DNA of 64,000 nucleotides from Gekko japonicus. Lineage: Eukaryota. Of this stretch, positions 35,600 through 48,466 are shown piece by piece (the stretch's first letter is position 1; every line of letters begins with the position of its first letter). Both the position numbers and the translations under genes were made by a program. Below the pieces are notes generated by a model. The model worked only from the letters and a program-made list of their open reading frames with translations, was not told the origin of the DNA and searched no databases. The stretch spans positions 1,533,562-1,597,561 of the forward strand of contig NW_015162476.1 of the NCBI RefSeq assembly GCF_001447785.1. Direction: 5' to 3'.

Positions 35600-36980
35600 C
35601 AGAGAGGGGTAGCCCAGCAGGGGAGGTTGACCTTCAGGACAGCCAACTTATCTACCCTGGCTAAGTCCAGGCAGGAGCAGAGGAGGCGGGCTGAGAATGT
35701 CTCACGGGTGAGAAGACACCCCCTTGCTCTGGACACTGGTGGGAGGGCAGGAGAGGAGACTCATGGCCACACAAGAGAGGTTGGGCCAGACGGCAGCCTT
35801 GTGTGACCAGTACTCCAAGAGATCGGCAGAGGCGGGCTCAGGGGACTCAGCAAGGTACTCCCTCACCATCACCTCTGCCGAATCCTCCACCATTGCACGC
35901 CTGGCATGCCCACAGATGCCCACCCACAACCTCTCTGTCAAGGCCCTGACCTGTGGGAGAACAGGTGTCCCCTTGAAGGCCAGCATCTGGTCCTACCCTC
36001 GAATCAGGGTGATGATTTGCCCCAAGCTGGCTGTATGGGCACATAGCTCACTGGTGGTGTCCTGGAAGGGCTTGAGGACACACATCATTTGGGAGAAGAT
36101 CAGACTGTCCTTGGAGCTGATGCTGAGCTCCACTTCCCCATGCAGGATGGTCATGGAGGAGATTACGTCCTGCACAGTGCACTTCTGCTCCACCAAATGT
36201 GCAGTCATGGCATAGGTGGAGTACCAGCGGGTAATGAGCTGGTGTTTGGCCTTATCCCCCCTCTCCCGCCTCTAACAGAGCAGACAGGCAGGCTTGATGC
36301 TGTGTGAGAAGTGGGTGGCCAAGTGCTGGCAGGTCTCCAGCAAGGCCTGCATCTCAAGGGCGGCAGCCTCCCAGGTGGCCCTGAAAGTGCTCCCCAGCCC
36401 CAGAGCCTCAATGTATGCGCCAGGCATACATGCCCTTGAGGCACACAGCCTTCACCGCTGCCAGCATGCTGGTGCGACTGTACGTGACCATGTAGCCACA
36501 GAGTATGTTGCCGCCTGTCTGCCCACTCCTTTAGGCTACTCTGTATCATGGTGGTGATGTTTTTGTGCCTTGTGGTCGGCATCTATTCCCTGCACATGGA
36601 GCAGAACCACTTTGTAGCCTGGAAGCAGGACTGTCCCCTCTTGGGGCCTGGGCCATACCCTGACAGTCTGGACAGAGAGGTCCTCTGGTTGCCACCAGTG
36701 GGTAGTGAGGAAGTGGTAACCGTGCTGCTGGCTGCTCCAGAGGTTTGCTTTGAAGTGCATGGTTTTGGCTTGCGCTCTGGAGAGCTCAGGCTTGACCATT
36801 GCCACTGTGGAGCTGATCCTGGTGGGCAAGACTTGTCGGCTTATGGTCCTCCATGAGGGGATGGAGTACCAGGGAGCCAAGTGTTGCAGCAGCCAGTAAA
36901 AGGCTACATCCTCCACAAGGGAGAAGGGCTGGCCATCCACAGCAATCCCCTCACCAACAAGGTGAGTGACTGCTTTTTGG
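35600..36980 (-). pseudogene. Decayed hAT (Ac/ZBED-like) transposase
   Basis: DGQPFSLVEDVAF..LL..LAPWYSIPS.RTISR, HF.ANLWSS, CLAHTL.L, VLKPF, and the dimerisation domain YLAE...DLLEYW...WPNLSCVAMSLLSCPPTSVQS. Multiple frameshifts and stops. Confidence 0.9.
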
Positions 36981-37149
36981 GCCCACCAAAAAACTCACCA
37001 CTCCTTTTTATTAAGGGGTTGATCTTTTAACATTATTTTATAGTTTGTTTTTTAGCCTAGACATGTAGACGGCTCATTTTAAGTTACTTCATGTTTAATA
37101 ATTTATGCCCTGGCTGGGTAAGCTAATGCAGCTGCAAAAGATGCTTTGT

Positions 37150-37600
37150 TCCAACTTCATTGAGCTCAGAAGATGGCCCTACTACCTTGGCTCAGCCAAT
37201 CTGGCCACCTGGATCCATACCATGGTAACATCAAACCTGGACTACTGTAATGAACTCTGCATGGTCTACCCTCATCAGCTCAGAGACTCAGCTGGTATAG
37301 AATGCCGCAGCTTGGTTATTATCGGGAACTAGGTGGAGCATGCATATTGCATCCATTCTGCAGTCACTCCATTGGCTGCCTATCAGTTAGTCCAATTCAA
37401 GGTACGGGCTATCACATAGAAAGCCTCTCAGTAAGCAGAGGTCAAGGGGGAAGCAGAGGAGGAGAGCACTCTCCCTGGGGCCCCCAAAAATCTGGAACCC
37501 CCTCCCAAGGAACATTCATCTGACTCCCTCCATCCTTCTCTTGTGCAAGCTGGTGAAGACCTTTCTGTTTTGTTTGGGGTTCCTTCACTTCCCTGGTTGT
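37150..37600 (+). mobile_element. L2 LINE 3' fragment
   Basis: ANLATWIHTMVTSNLDYCNEL...LHWLP motif series. Confidence 0.8.
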
Positions 37601-37706
37601 GATGTTATTTGAGGTTGTGTGTTTATTTGTTTTATCAAATTGTTTAAATACTTTATATACACTTGTATACTAAATGTTGTATTAAATAAATATACTATAA
37701 CAGAAT

Positions 37707-37960
37707 GGAACCAGTATGGTATAGTGGTTAAGAGTGGCGGACTCCAATCTGGAGAACAGAACTGGGTTTGATTCCCCACTCCTTTACATAAAGCCTGCTG
37801 GGTGACCTTGGGCCAGTCACAGTTCTCTCAGAACTCTCTCAGCCCCACCTACATCATGGGATGCCTGTTGTGGGGAGAGGAAGGGAAGACAATTGTAAGC
37901 TACTTTGAGACTCCTTAGGCGTATAAAAATAACAACTACTACTACTGCTACTACTCCTTC
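37707..37960 (+). mobile_element. Squam3-type SINE; another at ~42521-42748 (+)
   Basis: ccagtatggtatagtggttaagagt...gggtgaccttgggccagtcacag... Confidence 0.8.
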
Positions 37961-38381
37961 AGAATGGTTCAGGAGGTGCTTTATAAAAGCCAAGAGACTG
38001 TGAACTATACCACTGTGTATAGGATGTATTAATCTGTTTGCTGTATCCTACTCTTGTTTCATTATTTGATACTGATGTAGTATTCTTTTCTGCGTTGTTT
38101 AACATATCATGTCTATTACTCTATGCCTTGTCTCAGATTTCTGTAATTCTAACCTTTAGTACATTGCTTATTAGAAGCCTCATCTTACTAGTTGTATTGA
38201 CTTACACTGTGTAATTCACCTTGAAAGGTGGCATGGAAATTTCCCAAATAAATACAAAATACTATATTTGGATTCAAATCCAGCTATGGCTAACAGTTTT
38301 ACTTTACTCTTTCTTTACATTGCCTGAGAAGAGTGTATATCATTTGTTCAAGAATGAAATCTCACCCTGTATTGATTGTAT

Positions 38382-38596
38382 AGGTAAAGGTAAAGGTTCC
38401 CTTGCTCGAAAGCCAGTTGAATCCGACTCTAGGGTTGCGGTGCTCATCTCCGTTTCCAAGCCGAAGAGCCAGCGGTGTCTGAAGATATTTCCGTGGTCAT
38501 GTGCCCGGCATGACTAAACACCAAGGTGCACGGAACACTGTTACCTTCCCACTACTTGCAATTTCTTGCTTTCAAACTGCTAGGTTGGCAGGAGAT
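38382..38596 (-). mobile_element. Sauria SINE 3' part
   Basis: aggtaaaggtaaaggttcccttgctcgaaagcc... Confidence 0.85.
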
Positions 38597-41500
38597 TGAT
38601 TGTATATTTGAAAGTAAATACTGCAAAATCTGATTTCATGACATGAAGTCAGAAACATGCAGCTATGGATTCACTAGCAAACATATCCCTGTATCACACA
38701 CACACAGGCTTGTGCTGATGCTCTATTAGGAATAATTTCACCCTAACTAAACTGCAGATGATCTTTCACACCATCAGCCTAGAGAAGAAAAAAAGCAACA
38801 GGGAATGTTCCCAGCAAGGATTAGTTGTGAAATAAATGGAAGCTTGGTTTCCACCAATTTACCCGGTTTCCACCAATTTACTTCGTTGGAAATATCAGAG
38901 ATGGGCAAATGGAGCACTCCACAATTAAGAAATTGTGCAACAGTTTTTTTTTAATTCCAACACTGCTTGAAGTGTATCTCATTGATTTGCAGAAATCATA
39001 AAGTGAGATGTATAATAACTATTTTATGTTGAACAATGAGGCTATTTATCAGCCTCTTGGATATTTCAACAATAAACACATGTAAAATGAACCCTCCCAA
39101 TATTTCTTTTTAGAATATGTTTCATTGTAAAAGTACTAGATTCAAATGTTACTGACAGTAGAAATTAGCAATATTTTCCCCAAAATACGTGGTTAGATAA
39201 AAAAATAGGCAGATGTTTACAGGCACACACACAGATACATTCAGAGCTATGTGACACTTTCATGACTATAAACATATACACTTCCTGATGTACCTTAACT
39301 ACGAGAGTGCTGAAAATAAATGTTATTACAAAAATCTGAAAATAGATATTCTTACAACTTGGATCACCAACCGCTGAGTTGGGACGTGGATATCTCCCAC
39401 AATTACAACTGATCTCCAGACTACAGAGATCAGTTACCTTGGAGAAAATGGCTGCTTTGGAGGGTGGGCTCTGTGGTGTTATAAATTTCCAGGAATTTCC
39501 CAAACTAGAGTTGGTAACCCTAGTGTGCATCTGTCCTGCAGAACTGAGGACTTGACATGACCCCCCCCCTTTCTGGCATTTCTAGGTCATCCAGAGAACT
39601 GAAATCAGACAGATACTTGTCAAACTTCTGGAAAGTGGGGAAATATTTTGTGATCCTCTGATGAGAAATCAGAGCAAGAGGGGTAACCCTCAAATGGCAC
39701 CATGTACTTTGTAGCCACCCAGAAAGATGGAATGTGGTACATACAGTACTTTGACTAGAACTCTCTAAATTAGGTCATTTTTGCACATACTTCAAAATGT
39801 TGGGGTATGAAGTTTATCTCATAATAGAAGTCACTATTTCAGTCCACAGCAAATAGAGCGAGGGGTGTGTGTATATGTGTGTGTGTGGACTAGATATTAG
39901 GGTATGAAAGTTTTTGATGAGGGAGAAGTGTAATTTCCAGTAGAAACCAGCAACATCATTGCATGCTTGCAGAATGAAGCTTCTTTAACTAGTGTAAGAT
40001 GGCTGAACCTTACCAAAGGCATTGTGATGGGCCCGTTTCAAAGCAATTACATTCATTAAAACCTTTTAGAGTCTACAATAACCTTCAAGGTTCAGTGCGC
40101 TGCTTTGTAAATATTTGACTTTTTATAGTAGTAGATTGAGAGCTAGCTGTTCCGGCATTTATTTTTCCATTACAAGGCACCTATGAAAAGACGTCACAAG
40201 GAGATCCGAAGGGGGAGGGGTGCATCATTTATCAGAATATGTACAAGTCTCCTTTATTAATGATCATTTAAATAATGCATAGCTCTGGGTTTTTTTTAAT
40301 CTTGAGCTATCACTGCCATGGAATTAATATTTTGATTTCTTCTGTAATGCCCTACTTGTCAGATATGAATGCATTCCGTGAACTGAAGGGCCATTTCACG
40401 CATTGTATTTAAAAAGAAAAACCCAAGATGTTTCAAGTGTACTGCAAATAATGCCAAAGGGAAATGAGACAATACTGTGTCTCATATAGGTAAAGTAAGG
40501 TGGAATGCTGTGGATTCCTGCAAAAAAAAACTGCTGAACACTCAGTGATAAAGCTAGTCTTTGACTCTATGTAACATATCAACTGGCCCCTGTATCTGAC
40601 TTCCCCGTTCTTTGCTAAACAGGATTATAATGGCTGCATCTTTTGATGTTAAAAAAATGCCCCTTGAGTAGACCATTGGCAATCACACTACCTGTTTCAA
40701 GAGTGATTACCAATCTCGGACCAAATATGGTTTAATTAATTAATACATGCACTCACAGAGAAGATTCAAAACCGGCCCAGAGTCAGAGGAATTCTGTGTC
40801 CATGGATGGCTTAACTATAGGGGGAAGGGAAACTTCAGACCATCTGCAAGCAAAGTATGGTACTAAAGAAGTCCACAGAAATGCCTCAGCAAGAAAAGAA
40901 TTCCTCTGCAAGCCAGTGGCTTTCCCTGGTATGCGACTGGCTGGTCTTTCTGCAGTGGTAATAGGACTATATAAGGCAGAAACAGGAGGGAAATGAAGTG
41001 TCAATGCAAAGCAAAAACCAACTAGCAGCTTGGTAACTGGACTTGAGAACCCTAAGATAAAATTATCTAAACAGTAGGAAGTTGTTTGGATTGGAAAAAT
41101 AAAATAGGAGTTTCCAGGGTGACCATGTATGCACAACACAATAATAATAAATATTAATCACTATTGGCATATTGATTTACGTTTACTGATCTGGTTTTTA
41201 CTGTTTATAAGGGCTGCATTTAATCCTGTCATATAGATGATTCCCAGTGAAACAGCATTCAAAATACTGAGACTGAACTCTACGCAATTACTGCCATAGA
41301 TACTGAACAGGATTATGTTGAAAACTTGAGACTTGTATTATGTTTGATTGAATTATGGATGACTTGTATTCTAGTATATGTCTCTTGAGTACAACAAAAC
41401 AGGACAATTCTGACCTAGTCCTACATCAGTCCTCTCCCTTTTTGAGCAGCCAGTAATATCAGCACGAATATTTCAGATCAAATAGTAAGACATACAGAAC

Positions 41501-42875
41501 ACATGCATACAGAAACCTACAAGTGACATAAGAGAGATAAAGGTGGTGGTGCTGAACAATATGAAAAATAAAGTCTAATTTTAAAATGTTAATTTGAGAA
41601 GTGATCTCATTGGTAGGGGAGAAGCTTACCTTTGACCTGGACATGCCATCACAGAATATTACATTATATCCTCCCTGAGCTCCCTCCCCACATACCACTC
41701 TCAAATCTCCAGGGATTTTCCAAGATGGAGTTAGCATGGAACCTAGGGTATACTGCCTTTGAAACCCATGCTCCATCATTATCACTATTAAACTTTGTGC
41801 TGTTGCAACTGAAAGCTGTGTGGTACAAGAGCAAAATCAGAGAAAGGGCAAGCTGGCATCTTAACTGGCATCCTATCTACCCAGAATGAAGTCCAGTTCT
41901 TGTGTCGACACCACACACAGAGAAAACTTAAGTGTTTGTTCAAAACACTGTGCATTATATACCTAATGCACAATTAGGAAATCCATATTCCTCTTCCCCA
42001 GTGAGGCTAGTAGACACCAGGCCGGTAGCTACAGTGTGGCATCTCAGTGCTGCCCCCCCCCCCGACTTCCCACCCAGGCCTCCCAACTTCCCACCCAGTT
42101 TATTTTTCAATGTGCCACAGCCTTGCCGAGCCTTTGCCCTGCCCTGCCTGCCAGCGCCCTTGCCTCTCTCTCTGTCTCATCCCTTTTAAAAAACTTTTAC
42201 TCTCTCGTCACTCCTGACACAGCCTGGCTGTGTGTGCGGGGGTGCACTCCGGGTTGTTTAAATGCCCCCCGAACTCAAAGATCCTGGCTACAGCCAAACT
42301 GTCCTTGCATCAAGACATACAATCATGGAAGCAAGAATGGATGGTGCATTTCCAGCTGCAACATGAAACAGCAAACAACTGTGCTGTCAATGAACCTTCC
42401 TGAAGGAGGATGGGGACAGAGGACAGAGAGTGGCACAATGGGAACAGGAGAGGGTTAACTTAATGACACTTGAGAAGCATATAATCCATGCATTCATAGT
42501 CCCTCCTCAGGCTGTATTTGGAGCCAGCGTGGTGCAGTAGTTGAGAGTGTCTCAGACCTGGGAGACTCCATGTTTGAATCCCCACTATGCCATGGAAGCT
42601 TACTAGGTGAACTTGGACCAGTCACTTTCTCTCAGCCTAACCTATCTCACAGGGCTGGTATGAGGATACAATGGAGGGAAGCTGATGTAAGCCACTTTGG
42701 GTTCCCATTGGGGAGAAAAGTGGGGTATAAGCATAGTAAGTAAGTAAATGTATCTTTTGGATGACAGAGTCATCTACGGGGATGGAGGTTGTAGGTCATG
42801 AACTGGTGGAGCCTCCTTATGATTTTGCTGCTGAAACTTATTCCTTGGTTCTCACAAGGAAGTGAAAGTTGATAG

Positions 42876-43030
42876 ATGGCCCAGGCTAGCCTGATCTTGC
42901 CAGTTCTTGGAAGTGAAGCAGGATCAGCCTTGGTTCGTACTTGGATGGGTGACTTCCAAGGAATGCCAGGGCCATGATGTAGAGGCAGGCAATAGCAAAC
43001 CACATCTGAAATATCTCTTGCCTCGAAACC
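42876..43030 (+). mobile_element. 5S rRNA-headed SINE (SINE3 class); further copies at ~45895-46125 (+), 59010-59213 (+) and ~63472-63665 (-)
   Basis: gcc.gatct.gtc..atctcggaagctaagcaggg....tggttagtacttggatgggagac (5S A and C boxes) fused to an RTE/BovB-like tail ggca.tggcaaaccacctctg. Confidence 0.8.
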
Positions 43031-43038
43031 AAGTCTAG

Positions 43039-43057
43039 CTCACCACCTAGTGGTGCA
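43039..43057 (-). promoter_or_regulatory. Candidate CTCF site
   Basis: The minus strand reads GCACCACTAGGTGGTGAG, close to the CTCF core CCACYAGGTGGC. It lies ~4 kb upstream of the PPP3CA CpG island. Confidence 0.4.
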
Positions 43058-46000
43058 TAACGCTAAAGAGCTAGACCTTCTTGGTGCCAGACAATCTTAG
43101 GATCTCCTGGCTATACTACACACAATACCATACAACAACAATAATAATAGTCGATAGATGGATGCTGGAGGGACACAACTCCTCTATAAGACAAAGGCAT
43201 ATTATAGATATTGCACCTATACTGCTTCTATACATTGTGCATACTGGGCGCCCCGGATGAAGGCAAGCATTGCTAACCCCAATATGGTGTGCATTCGAGG
43301 CCGGCTTCCTGCTTTTGACATTTGTCATTAGACAATTTGGCCAGCAGAAGCTCTGCTGCTAATACGCACACTTCTGCATTTGCAACAGCAGTGAAAGGAA
43401 CATGGAGACTCCTCAGTGTGGAAGCAGCTCTACATAATTACTTCAGTCTTTTGCTGCCTCCCTTCACAAAGGCTGTTTTCACTCTGGGGAATGGACTGCT
43501 GGAGGTGGTCCACATACCTCTGCCACTTTCAGCTTTGCAGAAAGTGTATAAAAGTTTTATTGGAGAGAGCTTTCTGTGATTCTTACAGAAGGAGTTTGTG
43601 CTGAAGCTGAAAGGTTGCTTGAAGCCCAGGAACTAAAAAGGTCTTGAAGCAGAGGCTTATATGATTTTTTAAAAAAATTGTGATTGCTTATTGTGTTGGT
43701 GGTTTGCAGAGCAAATGTGATTTTATTGTATTTGTAAGATTTTCTGCACTTATGAGGAAAGAAAAAATAAAGCATTATGGGACAGCCAATCAGAATGGTA
43801 TAAACCCAGATTGTGGTTAACACTACAACAATTTGTTCCTGAGTCCAATCCCAGTGAAAAAGCTGTACATATGGGTGTGACCAATGCATCCACAGCAGGC
43901 TCAGTGTTTCAGTACATCCCCCATACACAATGCAAATGTCTTGGAATGGCTTTTCCATCCAATTGCAGTGGTGCTCAAAGACATAAACAAAGAAGTCAGG
44001 CCTTTGACATGAGGGCACCTCGCAATTCCAAAAAGTTGTACCCGGATGTTCCCTTTAAAAAGAGAAAATACACAAGTTACTTCATGTTTAGATCTGCCTT
44101 TACAGAATTACTTGGAGAACAAGTACTGGAAAGGTTCCAGGGTTCAATGGGATTCTGGACTCTGAGAACCTTTACCCCAAATATCAAAAGGGTATGAATT
44201 CTGGGGAAATTCAGGATAGCAAGATACACATATCAGGAATATGGCAAGAGTCTGCAATTTTTTTGCTTACAGAAGATGGAGGATTCTCTTTTCATCTTCT
44301 AACAGCATTTTATAATAATCTTTATAGCTACTTTGCCTCTGGAAGGCTTGACATAAGTGCTCCCACTACTGTAAAATTTGCAATTCTTGATGTTAGTTTT
44401 ATATTAAACTAGCCAAGTGCATCTTGTCATGTCTCCTACATTACAATGTGCTTCCCTCACCTCTTATCCAGTCATGGCTGCTGCTTGCTGCACTTCCAGA
44501 ATACTTTTGCTGGGAAAGCACGTGGGTTGCCAGGCTACCATTGTTACACAGCCAAGGAGGGCCACAAAGATCTTGCCAAGCAGTGGTGGTCTGTGATAAT
44601 ACAATGCCCTTCCCCAACCGTTTTCACTATACACCAACTTTTGTGCTAGGTGTCCAATATCATGCCTTCCTAGAGGAGCCAGTGTGACATAAACTAGCTT
44701 GTACATATGTGGTACACATTAAGATGCCTTATACTGAATCATACCAGTGGCCCATCAAAGTAAGTATTGTCTACTCAGACTGGCAGCAGCTCTCCAGGGT
44801 CTCAGGAAGAGGTATTTTACATCACCTACCATGTGATCCTTTCAACCAGATATGCCAGGGTTTGAACCTGGAACCTCCTGCATGCCAGGCAAATGCTCTA
44901 TCACTGAGCCACAGCCACTTCTCCATAACCTAGAATCATAGAGTTGGAAGGGGCCATACAGACCATCTAGTCCAACCCTCTGACCTGATCTAGTTACACT
45001 TTAAACTGTGGTTGCGGTATATGTTCAGAGGTTAACATTTGGGTGTTCCCACAAGCAAACAGATACCTCAGTACTGAAGTAGACCCACAGGGGCCAATAT
45101 AATTTCCGAACAGTCCACTGTGTCTGCTACCATGAACCTTTAAGATATGTGTTGGTGAAAGCCAAACAGATAAAGATTTAAGTTAAGGGTCGTGTACTTC
45201 CTGAATGTTTAGCTCTATTACACTTAATATAGACTAAGCCATCCTTAATCCAACCTTACATCACAGAAGAGATCCACCTAGGAAATTAATCCCAGATTAA
45301 GTGATCCAAAATAACTAATGATGCTTTGACTAGTTTGGAAAATCTCAGGACCTTAATTTAAAATATTAGGGAACCCAGCCAAATCAGAACCCCAAATACT
45401 CCAAAATTTTAACCCCCTTCCAAATCTCCTCTGAATCCTAGTGTTCATATACACATTCCAGGAGTACAGTATACACACATATTGTTTCTGATGGCATTCA
45501 GTGTGCTAGGCACCTGTGCCTTGCCACTCTGCTTTGAAAAGCCTCCAGCAATTAAGGCTGCAAATTCATAACCGCCAGCCCTAATGAAACCGATGTACAA
45601 GCTACAGAGTCTGCATTACTTGCCCCCCCCCCAGGTGGGTAAAGGGGCTCCTGCAGCATCCCCTGGATTGAACAACCATGCAGGCAGCAAAAATACCCCC
45701 GACAAGGGAAGGGGCTCTGCATATCTCAGGGATTCCTTAGGTATACCAAAAACATTACTTTGGCAATTAACTTAAAAAGTCAATGTCAGAATAAGCTCAA
45801 GGAGCAAAGAGTGTTGAAAGTGAAGGATAAGGGAGAATGGGGGAGAGGGTAACATTTGCCCACTTAGGCCGCTCAGAGTGGGAAGGTGGAATGCTATAGC
45901 CCAATCTCATCAGTTCTTGAAAGCCAATGGCTCAGGCTAGCCGGATCTTGTCAGATCTCAAAAGCTAAGCAGGGTCAGCCTTGGTCAGTATTTGGATGGG

Positions 46001-47748
46001 AGACCATCAAAAAAGTCCAGGGTTGCTACACAGAGGCAAGCAAACCAACTCTGTCCCTGTCTTTCCTTGAAAACCCCATGAGAGGTTACCATAAGCTGGC
46101 TGTGACTTTACGGCACTTTCCACCACCACCACCGAGGAGGATCTGTCCCTCTGCTTCCCACCTGCCTTGAAAGCCCCTCGCTGGGGTTACCATGGTGCCT
46201 TCACACATGCTAAACAATGCTCTTTCATTTCACACAGTAGAATCCAGCTGCAAAGTGGCTTGAAAGTGCATTACTTAGTGTGTGTGAAACAGCCCAGCCT
46301 AAGTGGGATGTGACTTAACCGCACTTAGTCCCCTCAGAACTCTGAAGGGACAGATCTTTCCAAATTGTCCCTCTAACCTCTGATTTCTCTCCCCCACTGC
46401 CCAAGAACTGAACTCAGCGAAGGAAATAAACTGTTTGGATAGTTTTCACACATGGCACTAAAAAACAGCTGTCTTGTTACCAGTGAATGTTTTCAATGAG
46501 GGCCTGAAAGGGTGTGTGTGTGTCAATTTATATACCCATTCACTAATGTAGGGTTATCATTCCCATTAAATACAGGCCAATTTGAACCTTCTCTTTCCGG
46601 TGCTCCCTAAGAAGTGTTTTTGTTGTCAAGTACAATTTATAGATTTGCATTTCCCCACCTCTGTAATTCTAAGCGGCTACAATGTACCTTTGATTTTCAC
46701 CTCCTCCACTTCCTATCCATTCCACAGAACGCTCAAAAACAGAAGTCCAGACATTCTTCCTTCCTCCAAATCCGCGGCCATGACTTGTGAACCCTCCTAA
46801 AAGCCCCGTGGTTTTAGATTCGAAGCTTTCGAGACAGTCACCCCTCCACGAGAAGAACACTCGTCTTTCACGCTCCGCAATGAAAAGGGGGGGAGGAGAG
46901 GAAAAAAAGCTTCACCCCCTTCCCATCTGAACAACTCCTCCTTTCCTCCACAAAACAAAAACAGCAAAGGTGGACGGGGGGGGGGGGGGGGGGGGGGAAG
47001 AGGGGTGTTTTGGGAAATGACCAGTCAACTGAAGGCGCCGCCGGAGCCCAAGAAGATCCAACCCCTCCAACCTCCTCCCCCCCCCCCGGCCGCAGCCCTG
47101 CATAGAGGGACGTGTCTTGAACTACTGCTGCTACTGCCGCTGCGAGGAACACGCAGGCGCGCTCCTTCCTCACCCGCCTGGAGCTCTTTCCTGTTCGTTC
47201 TGTAGCAAAGCGGGCGGCTACAGTGACTGGCAAGGCGAGACCGCCCCCGCCCGCTAATGAGATGCACTCGCTGGTCGCTGCTGCGGCCGCGGCCTTAAAG
47301 GTTCGCTAGCGGGCGAGACGATGCTGCTGACAGTATCGGCGGCACAAGGAAACCGGGGCTCCGCGTTGCTCGCCAAGGAAGGCCCGCCACGCGGAGAGCG
47401 GCAGCCGAGCACGGCGGGGTCGCCTTTCCTTCCTTCCCCGACGCCGCCCTTCGCTTGAGGCGAAGCTCTCGGTTCCTCTAAGGCTGCTCGTTCAACCAAA
47501 CCCTCTCACAAGCACTCCGGGGAAGGATGCCACCCGCCCTCGTCAGCCTCCCCCCCCCCCTTTGCACTGCTGCAATTTCTGCTTTGTTTCTCTGAGCAGC
47601 AACAGTCGGAGTCCCCCACTCCCCGCCATCCTCTACCCAATCCCGAAAGGTGCTAGCGCGCGTGGTTGCGAACACCTGAGAAAAGGAAAAGGGGGGGGGG
47701 GGGGGGGGGGGGGGGGGGAGTTTCAAGGGGTGTCCTCTGCCTTGACAG

Positions 47749-47777
47749 TGATTGGCAGCTCGGCTGGAGCCAATGGC
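47749..47777. promoter_or_regulatory. Pair of oppositely oriented CCAAT (NF-Y type) boxes
   Basis: tgATTGGca (47751-47755) and agCCAATgg (47770-47774), about 700 bp upstream of the PPP3CA ATG. Confidence 0.6.
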
Positions 47778-48466
47778 CGCGGCGCTGGCGCTTTGGGCAA
47801 GCGGGGAGGGCGAGGCTTCGGCGGCGAGGGTAGGCTGCGCCTCTGACTGAGCGCCGTTCTAGTGGTTGGGGCTGCGTGAGTGAAAGGAGAGACTCCGGGA
47901 AGAAAGGGAGGGAGGGAGGCGGAGGCGGCACTGGGAGAAGCAGAGGAGGAGGAGGCGGCGGCGGTAGTGGCGGCGGAGGGGGAAGGAGCGAGGCTACGGA
48001 TCCCGTGCAGCGGCAGCAGGAGGAGCTGGAGCAGCGGCGGCTGCTCTGGGCTGTGGGCTCGTGCGTTTTCGCAGCCGAGTTCATGCTCGCCGTCTAGCCG
48101 TCCTCTCGTTATCCTCCCCCCCTTCCTTTTTTTTTTTAAACTGCAGTTTTTCTCTCTCCCCCCGTTTATTCTCTTGGCCATTAATTCTAATAAAGGAGAG
48201 GCGTGATTGACATCAAGAAGGGGGGGTTAAAAAAATCCGGAGGAGGGAGGAGGAGCGGCGGCGGCAGAGCAGAAGGAAAAGGAGCGGCGGCAGGAGGCGA
48301 AAAGCGTCAAGTCGACCCGCAGCCGAGCCCTCCAGGACCCGGAGACGTTGCGCGCTCGGTCGGGCTTGCTGCAGCCGCCGCCTTCAGCTTTGTGTCTGGT
48401 GCGTGCGAGGGAGAAGCGAGCCGCGCCTCTGCCTTCCTCTCCGCCTCCTCTTCCAGGCTGCTGGAA

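Larger units (their letters stand above)
32501..36990 (-). mobile_element. Probable extent of the host hAT element (split by the CR1 insertion; promoter end missing)
   Basis: TIR-like agggataggcacaaacc at 32502 directly abuts the CR1. Subterminal ~110-bp repeats lie at 35146-35260 and 35283-35388. Confidence 0.5.

Noticed and set aside
35600-36980. Domesticated ZBED-like host gene
   Set aside because: Multiple frameshifts and stops and degraded catalytic motifs indicate a neutral transposase relic.
42876-42980. 5S rRNA gene (also 45930, 59010, 63590)
   Set aside because: The copies are 5' truncated, diverged, dispersed and fused to a LINE-like tail, so they are SINE heads, not rRNA genes.
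43557-44412. Overlapping 128-153 aa ORFs
   Set aside because: No recognisable motifs or convincing splice context; consistent with chance ORFs.
47653-48206. Pro/Gly/Ala-rich ORFs on both strands
   Set aside because: By-products of GGC/GAG repeats in the PPP3CA leader.
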